Assembly: GCA_016618085.1 (NCBI GenBank) | Contig: JABLTG010000105.1 | Coordinates: forward strand, 1 to 64,000 | From: Neovahlkampfia damariscottae | Lineage: Eukaryota | Direction: 5' to 3' | Length of the DNA: 64,000 nucleotides | Shown here: positions 25,737-37,305 of the stretch, in pieces | Numbering within the stretch: the first letter of the stretch is position 1 | Layout of the letters: each line of letters begins with the position of its first letter | Position numbers and translations under genes: made by a program | Notes under the pieces: model-generated | What the model was told of the DNA's origin: nothing | Databases searched by the model: none | Seen by the model: the letters and a program-made list of their open reading frames with translations, nothing else

Positions 25737-26717
25737 TTAAATGAATTCATCTTTTAATTGTTTTTCATAATATTCTTTCAATTCTTTTTCTGAAAATCCT
25801 AATTTTTTTAACTCTTCCATTCCTTGTTGAATTTCATTAACTATTTTATTGTTTGATTTTTCATTTAAATTGACATCTGTAAACCATGTAAACATAGGAG
25901 CATATTTATAATCTAATCTTTTTCCAACTTCTGATGATAAAAATCCTGATATTTTTTTTAAAGTATTTGAAACTATTTTTCGGTCTCTTTTATTTTCAAT
26001 TTCATATTTGATTTTAGCAGAACGAAAATCTTTGTTCAAATAAACTTCTTTCACCTGTACTTTTCTAATCTTTTCATCTTTATTAATATTCGTCAAAACA
26101 AATTGCAAAGTGTCTTTGATTTTTTTTGAATGTTGCATTTGACCTGTTGTCATCTTGTTTTTATCTTTTTTGTTTTTGTTTTTTTTTAAATCTTTTTGAT
26201 CAATTCCTAATCTCTGAAGTTGTTTGAAAGTTTCATTTTTTTCATCTTTAAGTTTTCCTTTGTTTAAATTTTTTGAGAATTTTTCGATGGTTTGTTTTTC
26301 TTTATTTTTTTTTTGTTGAAATTCTTGTTGGATTTTCATTTGTAAATTTTTCATCATTTCATTTTCTTTTTCATCTTCTTCTTCTTCTTCTTCAAATTCG
26401 TCCTCTTCTTTGAAACCATTTGTTGAAGCATTTGTTTGTCCAAAATTGTTTTGTCTTCCTTGATCTTTAGAAAATCCTTCTTCTTTCATTCCTTCAAATT
26501 CATTCAGAATACTTTCAAAATCTTTCTTCAAAAGATCTTCGTCCATTTCAATTTCTTCTGCGATTGGATTCTCTTTAAAATATTGTTCGAGACCAGAAAC
26601 CATTTGATTTAGTTGAGATAAATCTAAATTTTTAAATTCATTAGAGTAATTGAATGTTTGTTGATTTGATAATTTCGTTTGACGAAACTTCAATGTTTCT
26701 TTCAATAATTTTCTCAT
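25737..26717 (-). CDS. Ribosome-binding factor A (RbfA) domain protein, likely mitochondrial
   Basis: C-terminal VKEVYLNKDFRSAKIKY..SGFLSSEVGKRLDYKYAPMFTWFTD matches the RbfA pattern; basic N-terminal presequence. Confidence 0.75.
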   Translation of the reverse strand: MRKLLKETLKFRQTKLSNQQTFNYSNEFKNLDLSQLNQMVSGLEQYFKENPIAEEIEMDEDLLKKDFESILNEFEGMKEEGFSKDQGRQNNFGQTNASTNGFKEEDEFEEEEEEDEKENEMMKNLQMKIQQEFQQKKNKEKQTIEKFSKNLNKGKLKDEKNETFKQLQRLGIDQKDLKKNKNKKDKNKMTTGQMQHSKKIKDTLQFVLTNINKDEKIRKVQVKEVYLNKDFRSAKIKYEIENKRDRKIVSNTLKKISGFLSSEVGKRLDYKYAPMFTWFTDVNLNEKSNNKIVNEIQQGMEELKKLGFSEKELKEYYEKQLKDEFI

Positions 26718-26949
26718 CCAATGATTTTTACTCAAATTTTAGAAGCGGATAAAAAAAAAAAACTATCTCAAATTTGACTAAGAACAAAGAAAATTTAGGA
26801 AAAAATAATTTTTCTGTTGGATTTTCCGGCCAATAAGGAATTTTTGATGACTCGCAGCCAATCAAATCGTTTTCTCTTACGTGGAAAAATCTTTAAGGAC
26901 AACTTCAATTTTAGGCTTTCTAAAAATAACTTTTTGAACTACACCAAAC

Positions 26950-28085
26950 ATGTCGATCAAAAGTGAACCTTGTACAGATTTTTATACACATACCACAGGT
27001 AACTAGATCCTCCTTTTTTTTTCTAATTTTTTTATCAGCATTTGAGTTACTTGAAACACTCAAAGATGAAAACGACTTTGATTTTTCCATCCTTCCAGAA
27101 GACACTATTATTTCTTCACCTGAATCTTATGGATCTAGCTCCACAGAAGATGATTTTGATGTACAAAGTTTAATTTCAGGCCAAAATGTAAATTCTCAAA
27201 CAGACTCTTTAGTTTCAAGCTTCTTGAATGAAAATGATAAAACAAGTTCAAAAAAAAGAAGAAGAGAGAAAAAAGAAGAAGTTGATCCAAAAAAACAACA
27301 ACGTTTAATTAAAAATAGAGAATCTGCTCAAGCTTCAAGAGAAAGAAAAAAAAATTATGTAAAAGATTTAGAAGGAACTGTTTCAAATTTGACTTCAAAC
27401 AATCGTGACCTTTCAACAAAAGTTTTATCACTTGAAGAAGAAAACAATAGATTAAGAGAACAATTACAAAGAGCTATGAAAGGAGAAAAAATTGAACAAT
27501 CTCAACTTCCACCTGCAAAAAAACAAAAAGTTTACAACCAAAAACTTCCTCTTCCTCCTATGCAACGTAAGAAAAAAAAAAATTTAAAACTTTTTAGAAA
27601 TGCCATTTTTACAAGCTGGATATTGGTTAAATATGTTTAAAGGTGGAAATATTCAACAAACACAACCACAACAACAACAACAACAACAAAAAACAGAAGA
27701 TGGTGAACAATGGCAAGGTCCAAAAGTTGTTCTTTTTGTTGCTCTTTTCTGTGTTGCTTTATTTTTAGTCAAAACACCACAAGGTTTAGGAGATAGTTCA
27801 AAATCAGTTGAAGGTTTAAAACATCATAGAATTGGAAGAATTCTTCAATCTACAACTCAAGATGATGTTACATATTTATTTGAAAGTTTACAGAAAGAAC
27901 CTTCTCAAATGGAATCAGCATTGAACAAAACTATTGGTGATATCAAAGTAAAGTGGAATCAAGAAACAGAAAAGTTAGCATTTGTCTTTCCGTCTTCACT
28001 TGATAGTCAAGACCAACAGGAAAAGACTCGTGAAATTTCAATTTCTAAACAATTATTTTCAGAAATTTGTGATGAATTGAAATAA
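26950..28085 (+). CDS. Membrane-tethered bZIP transcription factor (ATF6/CREB3/bZIP28-like)
   Basis: bZIP KKQQRLIKNRESAQASRERKKNYVKDLE plus zipper, then TM VVLFVALFCVALFLV, then luminal GRILQ; two introns. Confidence 0.85.
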
Positions 28086-28131
28086 AAAATTTGTTTATAT
28101 AACTCTCAAATTGAATGTTTTTTTTGGTCCA

Positions 28132-29224
28132 ATGAAAACGGTAACAAGAGAGTTGAGTCAAATAGAGACCATTGATTTTGCTTCACCAACAAATATTTAT
28201 TCTTTATTTCTTTTGAATGAAGAGATACTTTTTGTTTCAACTTTTTCAAATGTCTATTCGATGCGTAATTTTCAAAAACAAAAAAGATTCTTAACTCAAA
28301 TGCCAGGTAAATCATTTAAATGTAGCATTCAAAAATAGTTCAATCAAATATAGTTTCAATTTGTTGTTATCAGAAAAAGAAAGAAATCATGTTAGCTGTT
28401 TGTATCATTCAGTAAAATAAAAAAAAAAAAAAAAAAACTAAAATATAAAAAAAAGGTATTTTGGTGAACAGAGATCAACCAGAAATTATTTATTTTTATA
28501 CTCTATTCCTGATATTTCAAATGTCTCACGTGATAAATTAATGACTCAAATTGATTTAAAGTATCAACCACTTGAAATACAAATTATTGATGAAATTATT
28601 TTCATTTCAGGTACTGATAAAAGAATACATATGTATATTGATGAAAAGCATGGATATGTTGAAATGAATACCTTTGAGTATTATCCAGATTTGGTTGATT
28701 TGACTTCTTCCATTTTACGATTTCAATTCCATAAGAATTTCTTAATTTTTGGTTGCCAGAATGGTTATATTTCAATGATTCACAGTGACGAAAAGAAACA
28801 AAGTTTACAGCTCGATGGACCATGCAGTTCAATTTTGTATTTAGATGATGATAATGAATTATTAGTAAGTGATTCAGTTGGGAGAGTATATTTATTTCAA
28901 AATTTGAAAAAATTGAATCAAAATGCAATACTTTTGAAGAATGACAATAACACAGTTTATTGTTTGGAGGCATTCAACATTTTTTCAAATGAAAAGAAGA
29001 AGAACATTTTGATGGGTACAACAAAGGGATTGTTAGTTTATTCTTATATCAAAGATAAATATGAACTGACATTAGAGATTTCATTTCCTTATCCAATTTA
29101 TTCGATCAAATGTTTTGATATCAATTCAGATGGCTGTGCTGAAGTTGTAGTTCTCACTATGAAATCATTGCACATTTTAAGACCAACCTTATCAGATATT
29201 TTGTTGGAAAAATTAGAACTTTGA
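28132..29224 (+). CDS. KPTN: Kaptin (KICSTOR subunit)-like beta-propeller
   Basis: FASPTNIYSL, ISGTDKRIHMY, PDLVDLTSSIL, FGCQNGYI, LDGPCSSI and DINSDGCAEVVVLTMKSLHIL are colinear with kaptin motifs as recalled. Confidence 0.7.
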
Positions 29225-29405
29225 GTTTAAATTAGATAAATGAGTTGCCTTATCAGGTACAATTTTTTTTGGACGTTTTTTGATTTGTCAATAAAATGTC
29301 CCAAATTGTATATTCTACATTCTAAAAATAAAAGTTCGGTTGTTTCATTGGTCATTTTCATTGAATTCGATTGGCCAAATCCATAACGTTGTTCGTCAAG
29401 CAAAA

Positions 29406-30525
29406 ATGAGTGTACAAGAACAAATCGCTGAAGCGAGAAAAGAATCAACGGATTTACAGCAAAAAATAAAGAAAAACAGAGAACTTACAAATGATGCTGA
29501 TTTAAAAACAATGACATCGATAAACGACGCTCCAGTTCCAAAATTTGGAAAATCTAAAAGAACTCTTATGGGACATTTAGCAAAAATTTATTCTCTTTCA
29601 TGGGCATCTGACAGTCGTAAATTAGTGTCCGCGTCTCAAGATGGTAAACTTATCATTTGGAATGCCCTCACAACATATAAAATTCATGCTATACCACTCA
29701 GAAGTCACTGGGTTATGACATGTGCGTACTCACCTGATGGTGATATGGTTGCGTGTGGTGGTTTAGGTAAAACACAAAAAACAAATATATTAAAACAAAA
29801 TTCAAAGACAACATATGCTCCATTTATAATGTAAAACCAACTAAAGAACAAACAAACAACCAACAAGCTATTCAACCGATGAGAGAATTAGCAGCTCACA
29901 CAGGATACTTATCATGTTGTAGATTTATGTCAGATAGACACATCATCACTTCATCAGGAGATATGACTTGTATCTTATGGGACATCAACGTAGGTCAAAC
30001 AGTAAACAAATTCGTAGAACATACAGGAGATGTTATGAGGTTAGTTTTTTTTTCATTCATTTTTTTTTCAGTGTTTCAAACTTTGATCAACAAACATTCG
30101 TAAGTGGAGCCTGTGATTCACACGCAAAAATTTGGGATGTCAGAACTGGAAAATGTTCACAAACATTTCAAGGTCACGAATCAGACATCAACTCTGTTCA
30201 ATATTTTCCAAATGGTTTAACATTTGGTACTGGTTCAGATGATTACTCATGCAAATTATTTGATATCAGAGCTGACAGAGAATTAATGTCATATACAAGT
30301 GATAACATCAGAGAAGCTGTTACATCTATTTCATTTTCACATAGTGGAAAATATTTGTTTGCTGCTTACGATGATAAAAAAGTATGTATTTGGGATACAT
30401 TGAAAGGAAAAAAAATTGGTGAACTCGGCGAACATGAAAACAGAGTTTCTTGTTTACAAGTTTCACCTGATGGAAAAGCTCTTTGCACAGGAAGTTGGGA
30501 TAAGACACTTAAAATCTGGGCTTAA
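29406..30525 (+). CDS. GNB: Heterotrimeric G protein beta subunit
   Basis: [77 protein letters not shown]; two introns. Confidence 0.98.
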
Positions 30526-30756
30526 ATTTGTTAATAATAAAGATAGTTTTTATTTAAAATTAGTTGAAAAAACTTTTTTTTTTTTTTGGTTCTCAGGTTG
30601 TCGTTTGCGCAAACTGCATAATTTTGGCTAAAAAGAAATTATTTTTGTATGTTGTAATTTGTTTGTTTTTTTACTTTTGATGAAGAAAAAAAAAAAAATA
30701 AAAAATCAGTTTTTGTGGAGATTTCATTGGACAACGGATAAAAGAAGTTTAAGGAG

Positions 30757-33648
30757 ATGTCTGAGGTCTTATGCAACGTGTGCAATGAAAACCCAGCAAC
30801 AAAATATTGTAATGAATGTAAAGTAAATGCTCAATGTGATGAGTGTAGTTCTTTTTTCCACAAAAAAAAAATAAACCAAAATCACGCTGTGATGGAATAC
30901 TCAGAATGGTTGACTTTACCAAAACCAGAAAAAGGAGAAGAAATTAAAAAAAAAGAAGAAACCATTCCAACCACAATTGAACAACCAAAAGGAAGCACAA
31001 ATGCAAAAAACAAATGTCCTAAACACAACACAGAAGAAGTTAAACTTTATTGTGAAGAATGTCGTCGAATAGTTTGTCTTTTATGCTTGACAGGTGATCA
31101 TAATGGTCATGTATGCAAAAACTTTTCAGATGTAGTTGAACCTTTTCTTGAAGAACTTGCAGAAGAAAAAAAAATATTTGAAGATAAAACAGAATACTAT
31201 CAAAAAATTTTAGACAAAGTTGTAGGATCAACAGAAAAAATAAAAAGAGAAAAACAAGAAAAGAAAGATAAAATTCAAGAAACTTTTGAAAATTTAAGAA
31301 AACTTTTACAAGAAAAAGAAAATGAACTATATGAACATGTTGATAATCATGAAAATTCAAAATTGAATAAACTTGGTGCTCAAACAAATCAACTCAAAAA
31401 TACAATGAGAGTATTAGAAACACATATAAACATTGCTCAAGAAATAGAATATTTAAAATCTGACACTGACCAATTTGAATTTATTTCACAATCACTTCAA
31501 CAATGTGAAACTATGAAATATTTCAAATTTGAAGATATACAAGAAGAACCTGTTTGTTTTACTGGTGATGAAAGAGATTTAGATGTTATGACTTTAGAAG
31601 AACAAATTGAAAAAGTTGAATTGTCACCACCAATTGATTTTACAAAATCTACTTTAGCTCCACGTTCAAAATTTGTTCATGTTGCCAAAAAGAATGGATT
31701 TTTATTACTTTTGAAAAATTCAGAAGGAAATCCAATCACTTTGGAACCTCAATATCAATTAAAAGCAAAAGTTATTTCAGGACCAGAAGGATATGTAGCA
31801 TTTGTTGGATTTAACAAAAGTTCAAAACCAGGAAGAATTCATTTCATATTTGAAGCAGATTTAGTTGGTGATTATAAAGTCAAAATTCATTGGAACGATA
31901 TTGAATTTGAAGGTTCACCATTTGAAGTTTGTGTCAGACCAAATCTTGGACAACCAATTGACCTTTTAATACAACCAACTCAAGCGATTCATTTCTACGT
32001 AAAAACTGAAGAGTTTTGTATGGCATCAAAAAAAAGTGTAACAACCTATGATGTAACAGGAAAGAAATTAAGATCTTATAATTTACCTGTCAAAGCTTCA
32101 TTTATATCATCAGATTCATTAGGTCATTATTTCATTTCTGATGGTGACAAAACATTCTATAAATTTGATTCTGAATTTAATGAAATTAAACAATGGAAAC
32201 CACCTCTCAATAAAGGTGAATACGTATGTGCTGTTTCTGCATCTCAAGATGATGAATACTTTTTTGGAATGACTTCAAGTGGAAAAGTATTAAAATTCTT
32301 CAGAGATGACTCAAAAGGATTTTATAAAACATGTTTTCAATTAATGGATTTCTCTCCAGATACTGTTGGAAATATGTTGGTTTATGATGATTTATTTATT
32401 ATTAGCGATAAAACAGTCAAAGTTTATGATAGAAAAGGTGTAATGAGACAACAATTTACAGAATTCACTGAAGGTGCTGTTTTTTCAGTTGTTTATGATC
32501 AAGTATATGCATGTGGTACTGATTCAAAAATTTGGAGTACTCTTTATTTAGCACCTGATTGGGAAAAACAAAAAAAGAAAAAAACTACACCAACAGATCC
32601 TTCAAATAGAACATTACAAAGTCAAAGTTCTTCAGGTAGAATATCAATTTTAAGTTTTATGCAACCAAAAATTGTAAACCAATCAATTCAGGATATTGAT
32701 TCAATTTCAAAAATCAAAGCACAATCCATACTTCCAGCAGATAGTAAAATTAATTCGATTTGTATTGGACCTGCAGGAGAAAGTATTATCACAGGAGGAA
32801 AGAAAATTATTGTTTGGGATTATGATCATGGCGGTCAAGTTGAATCTGAAATTGATGTATCTGCAAATATAGTTTGTACAAATGGAAATTGTATTATTTC
32901 AACTTTTGAAAAAACTGTTCAAATTCATGATATTGTTCATAGTGAATTGTTAAAAGAATTCAATGTGGAAGAAGAAGTTTCTGTTATGGAAATTACTGAA
33001 GATGGAAAAAAAATTGTTTGTGGTTTGAAAAATGGAAAAATTTTCATTTTTGACTTTGAAAATCCTTCAATTTCAAAAAATATTGGAAAACATGGAGATT
33101 GTATTCATAGCTTAGTTTTAAGTCAAGATAGTCAATTTATTTTTACTGGATCAACAGATTCTAATTTAAAAATTTGGAGTTTTGAAAAAGGTGATTTGCA
33201 TACATTAAAAGGACATCAAAGTGCTATAACTGCAATTGCTTTGGCTGATGGAAGTCGTACATTGATATCTGGAAGTGCCACTGGTTCCATGAGAATTTGG
33301 TCAACTGAATCATTAAAATGTGTAAAAGTTATAAATAAAGCTCATAAAGATCAAATTACAGCATTGAAAATAACACCAAACGAAAAATTTGTTGTATCAA
33401 CTTCGTTTGAAACGAATGTTGTCAAAATTCATAAAATTGAAACTGGAAGTGAAAGAACAAGTTCATCAGTTGGTAAAAAAGAAATTAATACATGCTTGGC
33501 TGTTGATCCAAATGGAAAATATTTTGCAACAGGAACTGATCGTGGAGTAGCTATTTGGCAAAATGTCAAATACACTTCTCTCAATGATGAAAAGAATATT
33601 TCGAGTATGTCTAAAAATTCAAGTTTTATGGGTAGTTTTAGACTTTAA
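30757..33648 (+). CDS. RING-less TRIM-like protein: 2 B-boxes, coiled coil, filamin, NHL-like and WD40 propellers
   Basis: CNVC..CNEC..CDEC..H..H; CPKH..YCEEC..CLLC..HNGH; heptad region; GDYKVKIHWNDIEFEGSPFEV (filamin); GH..W repeats. Intronless, 963 aa. Confidence 0.85.
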   Translation: MSEVLCNVCNENPATKYCNECKVNAQCDECSSFFHKKKINQNHAVMEYSEWLTLPKPEKGEEIKKKEETIPTTIEQPKGSTNAKNKCPKHNTEEVKLYCEECRRIVCLLCLTGDHNGHVCKNFSDVVEPFLEELAEEKKIFEDKTEYYQKILDKVVGSTEKIKREKQEKKDKIQETFENLRKLLQEKENELYEHVDNHENSKLNKLGAQTNQLKNTMRVLETHINIAQEIEYLKSDTDQFEFISQSLQQCETMKYFKFEDIQEEPVCFTGDERDLDVMTLEEQIEKVELSPPIDFTKSTLAPRSKFVHVAKKNGFLLLLKNSEGNPITLEPQYQLKAKVISGPEGYVAFVGFNKSSKPGRIHFIFEADLVGDYKVKIHWNDIEFEGSPFEVCVRPNLGQPIDLLIQPTQAIHFYVKTEEFCMASKKSVTTYDVTGKKLRSYNLPVKASFISSDSLGHYFISDGDKTFYKFDSEFNEIKQWKPPLNKGEYVCAVSASQDDEYFFGMTSSGKVLKFFRDDSKGFYKTCFQLMDFSPDTVGNMLVYDDLFIISDKTVKVYDRKGVMRQQFTEFTEGAVFSVVYDQVYACGTDSKIWSTLYLAPDWEKQKKKKTTPTDPSNRTLQSQSSSGRISILSFMQPKIVNQSIQDIDSISKIKAQSILPADSKINSICIGPAGESIITGGKKIIVWDYDHGGQVESEIDVSANIVCTNGNCIISTFEKTVQIHDIVHSELLKEFNVEEEVSVMEITEDGKKIVCGLKNGKIFIFDFENPSISKNIGKHGDCIHSLVLSQDSQFIFTGSTDSNLKIWSFEKGDLHTLKGHQSAITAIALADGSRTLISGSATGSMRIWSTESLKCVKVINKAHKDQITALKITPNEKFVVSTSFETNVVKIHKIETGSERTSSSVGKKEINTCLAVDPNGKYFATGTDRGVAIWQNVKYTSLNDEKNISSMSKNSSFMGSFRL

Positions 33649-33818
33649 ATAATTAAATATTTATTTTTTGCACCAATCAATTTTTTTCGCGCTTTTTGTT
33701 AGTTTAATAAAAGGTTTGATTGGTCAATTATTTTGCTTGAAAACCGTTACTAACTCATTTTATCAACAACAGCACAGACAACTCACTGTCAAATAACAAC
33801 AATACTAATCAACAACTA

Positions 33819-34037
33819 ATGAATAAAGAAAATATAGATCCAAGAACAGGTAAAGAAATACAAACAATCAGAAGAGGACCACATAGAGCTCCACTCACAG
33901 ACATAACAATGAAAACACCAATTAAACCATTAAAACCACAGGAAAGAAAAGAAACAATCACTTCAAATGAAGGAGACAGAAATTTAATTAGAAAATTAAA
34001 ATTAAACAAACGTAGCCCTGTAAAATACTTCCGCTAA
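33819..34037 (+). CDS. 72-aa microprotein with KEN box, D-box and C-terminal FR tail
   Basis: MNKENIDP..RAPLTDITMKTP..RSPVKYFR*; clean ATG ORF in an otherwise empty spacer, with CCAAT/ATTGG elements upstream. Confidence 0.7.
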   Translation: MNKENIDPRTGKEIQTIRRGPHRAPLTDITMKTPIKPLKPQERKETITSNEGDRNLIRKLKLNKRSPVKYFR

Positions 34038-34094
34038 TTTTTTAAAAAAACTTGAAATTTTTATAAGTAAAAGAATAACATATTTATAAATTTT

Positions 34095-35215
34095 TTAATA
34101 TATATAATTTCCCTGATTCACTAAAACCAATAACTGAATTTGTTTCTTCATCTTTTTCCATCCCAATCCATCTCTTGTCAGAATAAATTCCATGTTTTCT
34201 CTTTTCATCAAAAGTACCAGCTCTGAACTCACAATCATCAAAACTTGAAATATAACATAAATCATCATTAAAATCTAAAAATGAAATCTAAAAAAGTTTA
34301 ATTATGTCAATGATGAACTTACTGAATATTTTAAACAATTCGACCATTTTTCTCTTGGTATAAATTTTCTTGTGTCAAACAAATAAACAGAGCGATCTTC
34401 ACCAGCTGTTGCAATAGAATTTGTACCCTTTCCAGTGGATAATGTGTACAAAGCTCCTTTCGTTGTCTATTCAAATTTGTATTAAAAAAAAAAAGTAAAA
34501 CCGAAAGAGAAGCAATTTTTTTGTCCATTCTATCATCAAATAAAGTAATTTGATTATATTCAGTCACACAAAGTAAATCTTTTGAATTCACATTCATCCA
34601 TTTGACACAAGTCGGATAATTTGATAAATTTCTTTTTTTGATGATTTTTTCTTCCTCAGTGTCATAAATGAACAAATCTTTGTAAAAAAATCTTGATGTT
34701 GAAAACTAAAAGTAAATTTCAATTCATTTTTTTTTTTTTACAATTGTATTTTTTTCAGGATGAAATGATATTCCTGACCATCCTTTTGAACCAAAATCTA
34801 CAGTATCTGGTGAAGTTTGGAAATTTGTAAATTTTAATTTTTTTTCTTTTTGTTCTTTTTTAAAGTCAACTGGATTGATCATTTCAACATAACCTAATGA
34901 ATCAATTGCATAAATTTTATCATTTTCTATTTGTTTTTTAAAATTTGTTTTATCAAATACTTTTGTTATATTTAATTTCCATGATTTCATTTTTTAAATT
35001 ATTCTCAATTTTTTGTTTTTGATAGGTGATTGTTTCTTTAGCTTCATCAATTTCTGACTTTGAAGTTGAGTTTTGTTTTTTTTTACGTTTATTTGATAGA
35101 TTTCATTTTCAGTTGAGAAATAGAATTCTTTATCATTTTTTAAAGTTAATCGACTTCCTAAGATGGATGCTGGAGAAATTTTTTCTTTATGACATTCACA
35201 AACAAATGTTTTCAT
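34095..35215 (-). CDS. WD40-like beta-propeller protein
   Basis: Five exons; GWSGISFHP, YPTCVKW, AGEDRSVYLFDTRK, YSDKRWIG. Confidence 0.75.
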
Positions 35216-35392
35216 TTTGCTGATTTTCTATTGGACAATAAAAATTGAACTAACGGTTTTTTAACTGTTTCAATTTTCATACTATTTTATCACTTTTTGT
35301 TTTTTTTACTTATAAACTGCAAAATATCCGTTTGAATCTATTTGCTATTCTCCCATTGGTCGACATCGACAAACAAAAAACACTCTCGCAAA

Positions 35393-36795
35393 ATGGGTAA
35401 TGCACAGATGAAAAAAGAAATTGATTTAAAATATGGGTGGATGGTTAAATCACTTGGTGAACCTATAAACGATGAATGTAATTTATCCTGTAAGGCCTAC
35501 AAAAAAAAAAAATTAACAAAAAAAAAAAAACAGCAAAAAAACTTGGAAATCCAAAAGAAGGAATCACAGTAATTTCAAAAGTCTTACAAAAGAACAATGT
35601 TTTAAGAACTTTAAAACTTGATAGTAAAAAAAGAAAAAAAAAACTGAAAAAAACCAGACAACGCTATTGATGATGATGGAATTAAACACTTAGCAAAAGC
35701 TATCAAAACGAATGGAACACTTCAAAGTTTAAACTTAAGCGGTAACAAAAAACAAACTTTTGACACTTCAAAAAAAAAGACAACTTAATTACTGATGAAG
35801 GAATGAAGACTTTATCAGAAGCTTTGGCTGTTAATAAATCAATTGTTCATTTAAATTTAGGATGGAACAAATTTGGAACGAATGGTGTTGGTCATTTATC
35901 AGACACCTTAAAAAAAAATCAAACTTTAAATTCACTTCATTTGAATGGTTCGAAAATACACAAAAAAAATTTTTTAACTTTTTTTCTTTTTTAGATAACA
36001 AATTAACAGATTTAACACTTGAAGCTTTGTTTGATTCATTAAAAAAAAATAAAACACTTGAAACCGTTGATTTAAGAGGTAAAGAAAAAAAAACAGTTAA
36101 AAAAAAAATAAAAAGTGAACAAAGTGAGTGAAAATGGTGTCAAATTTTTATCAGCTGCTTTGAAAGAAAATAAATCATTGAAATTTTTGGATTTAGGTTG
36201 TAAGTGAAAAATTTGAAAAATTTATTTTTTTTTTAGACAACAGCATTGGTGACTCAGGAGTTAAACTCTTAGTTGAATCTTTAATTTCAAATACAAGTTT
36301 AAGACATCTATTTCTACCAAGTAAAATTTAATACTTTCTTTTTTAACAACAGAAAATGGATTAACTGCAACTTCAATGCCTTTAATTTCACAACTTTTAT
36401 TAAAAAGTGATTCAGCAATTACAACAATTGATCTCAGCAGTAAATTCAAAAAAAAAAATTAATTTTTTCTTTTAAAAATAGGAAATGATTTGACAGATGA
36501 AGCAACACCAACTATTGTTGACATAATTTTAAAGAATGATAAATTAACTTCATTCAATTTAGAATGTTGCAAATTAGGTGATGATTCAATTGTAGCTATT
36601 CTTGATGCTTTAGACAATAATACAAAATTAGTTGCTTTAAATTTATTAAGAAATAGTCCAAATAGTGATTGGTTTAAACTTCGTTTGAAATACGCTTTGA
36701 AATTCAATTTAGATCTTTTTGTCATTCAAACAAAATTTCCATGCATGTATGAAACAAGAAAAATGCTCATTGGAGTCAGATTTAAATTTGAGTAA
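35393..36795 (+). CDS. RNI-like leucine-rich repeat protein (NLRC3-type LRRs), putatively myristoylated
   Basis: MGNAQMKK start; 28-aa repeats such as NAIDDDGIKHLAKAIKTNGTLQSLNLS; eight introns. Confidence 0.88.
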
Positions 36796-36886
36796 AAATT
36801 TTATTTTCTATGAATTGTTGTTACTTTTTAACCTCAAATTTATCACTCATTGATTGGTTCATGTTTTATTTGATGTAACCTAATTC

Positions 36887-37168
36887 ATGTTCAATTTTCA
36901 ACAGATGAATGGTGATTTTTTATTAAAGAGAGAATTTGGCAATATTGGCAAAAATATCAGCAATGAAGATTCAGGAGAAGAAGAAGAAAAAAAAGAAACA
37001 AAAAATGTGAAAAGTGTTTTTGAAATTATAAAAGATGTAAATGGTAATGGTGAAGTAAGTCATAAAAAAAAAAGAAAAACTACTATCGGAGATGTTTCAA
37101 AAAAAATACCAAACTCGGAAAAAAAAGAAAAAGAACAAAAAAGGAGAAAAGAAAGCTCTCTCTGGTGA
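36887..37168 (+). CDS. Hypothetical small charged protein
   Basis: 93-aa ATG ORF with GATTGG upstream; no domain recognised. Confidence 0.4.
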   Translation: MFNFQQMNGDFLLKREFGNIGKNISNEDSGEEEEKKETKNVKSVFEIIKDVNGNGEVSHKKKRKTTIGDVSKKIPNSEKKEKEQKRRKESSLW

Positions 37169-37305
37169 CCAAAAACAACAAAAAATACAAGAATTAATAA
37201 ATAAAATGAAAAGTTATACAAAGTAAAATAATTTATTCTTTTTTAAGTTTTTTTTTTTTTTTTTTACAGATTTTTACAGATTTTTTATTTTTTCACCAAA
37301 GACGT

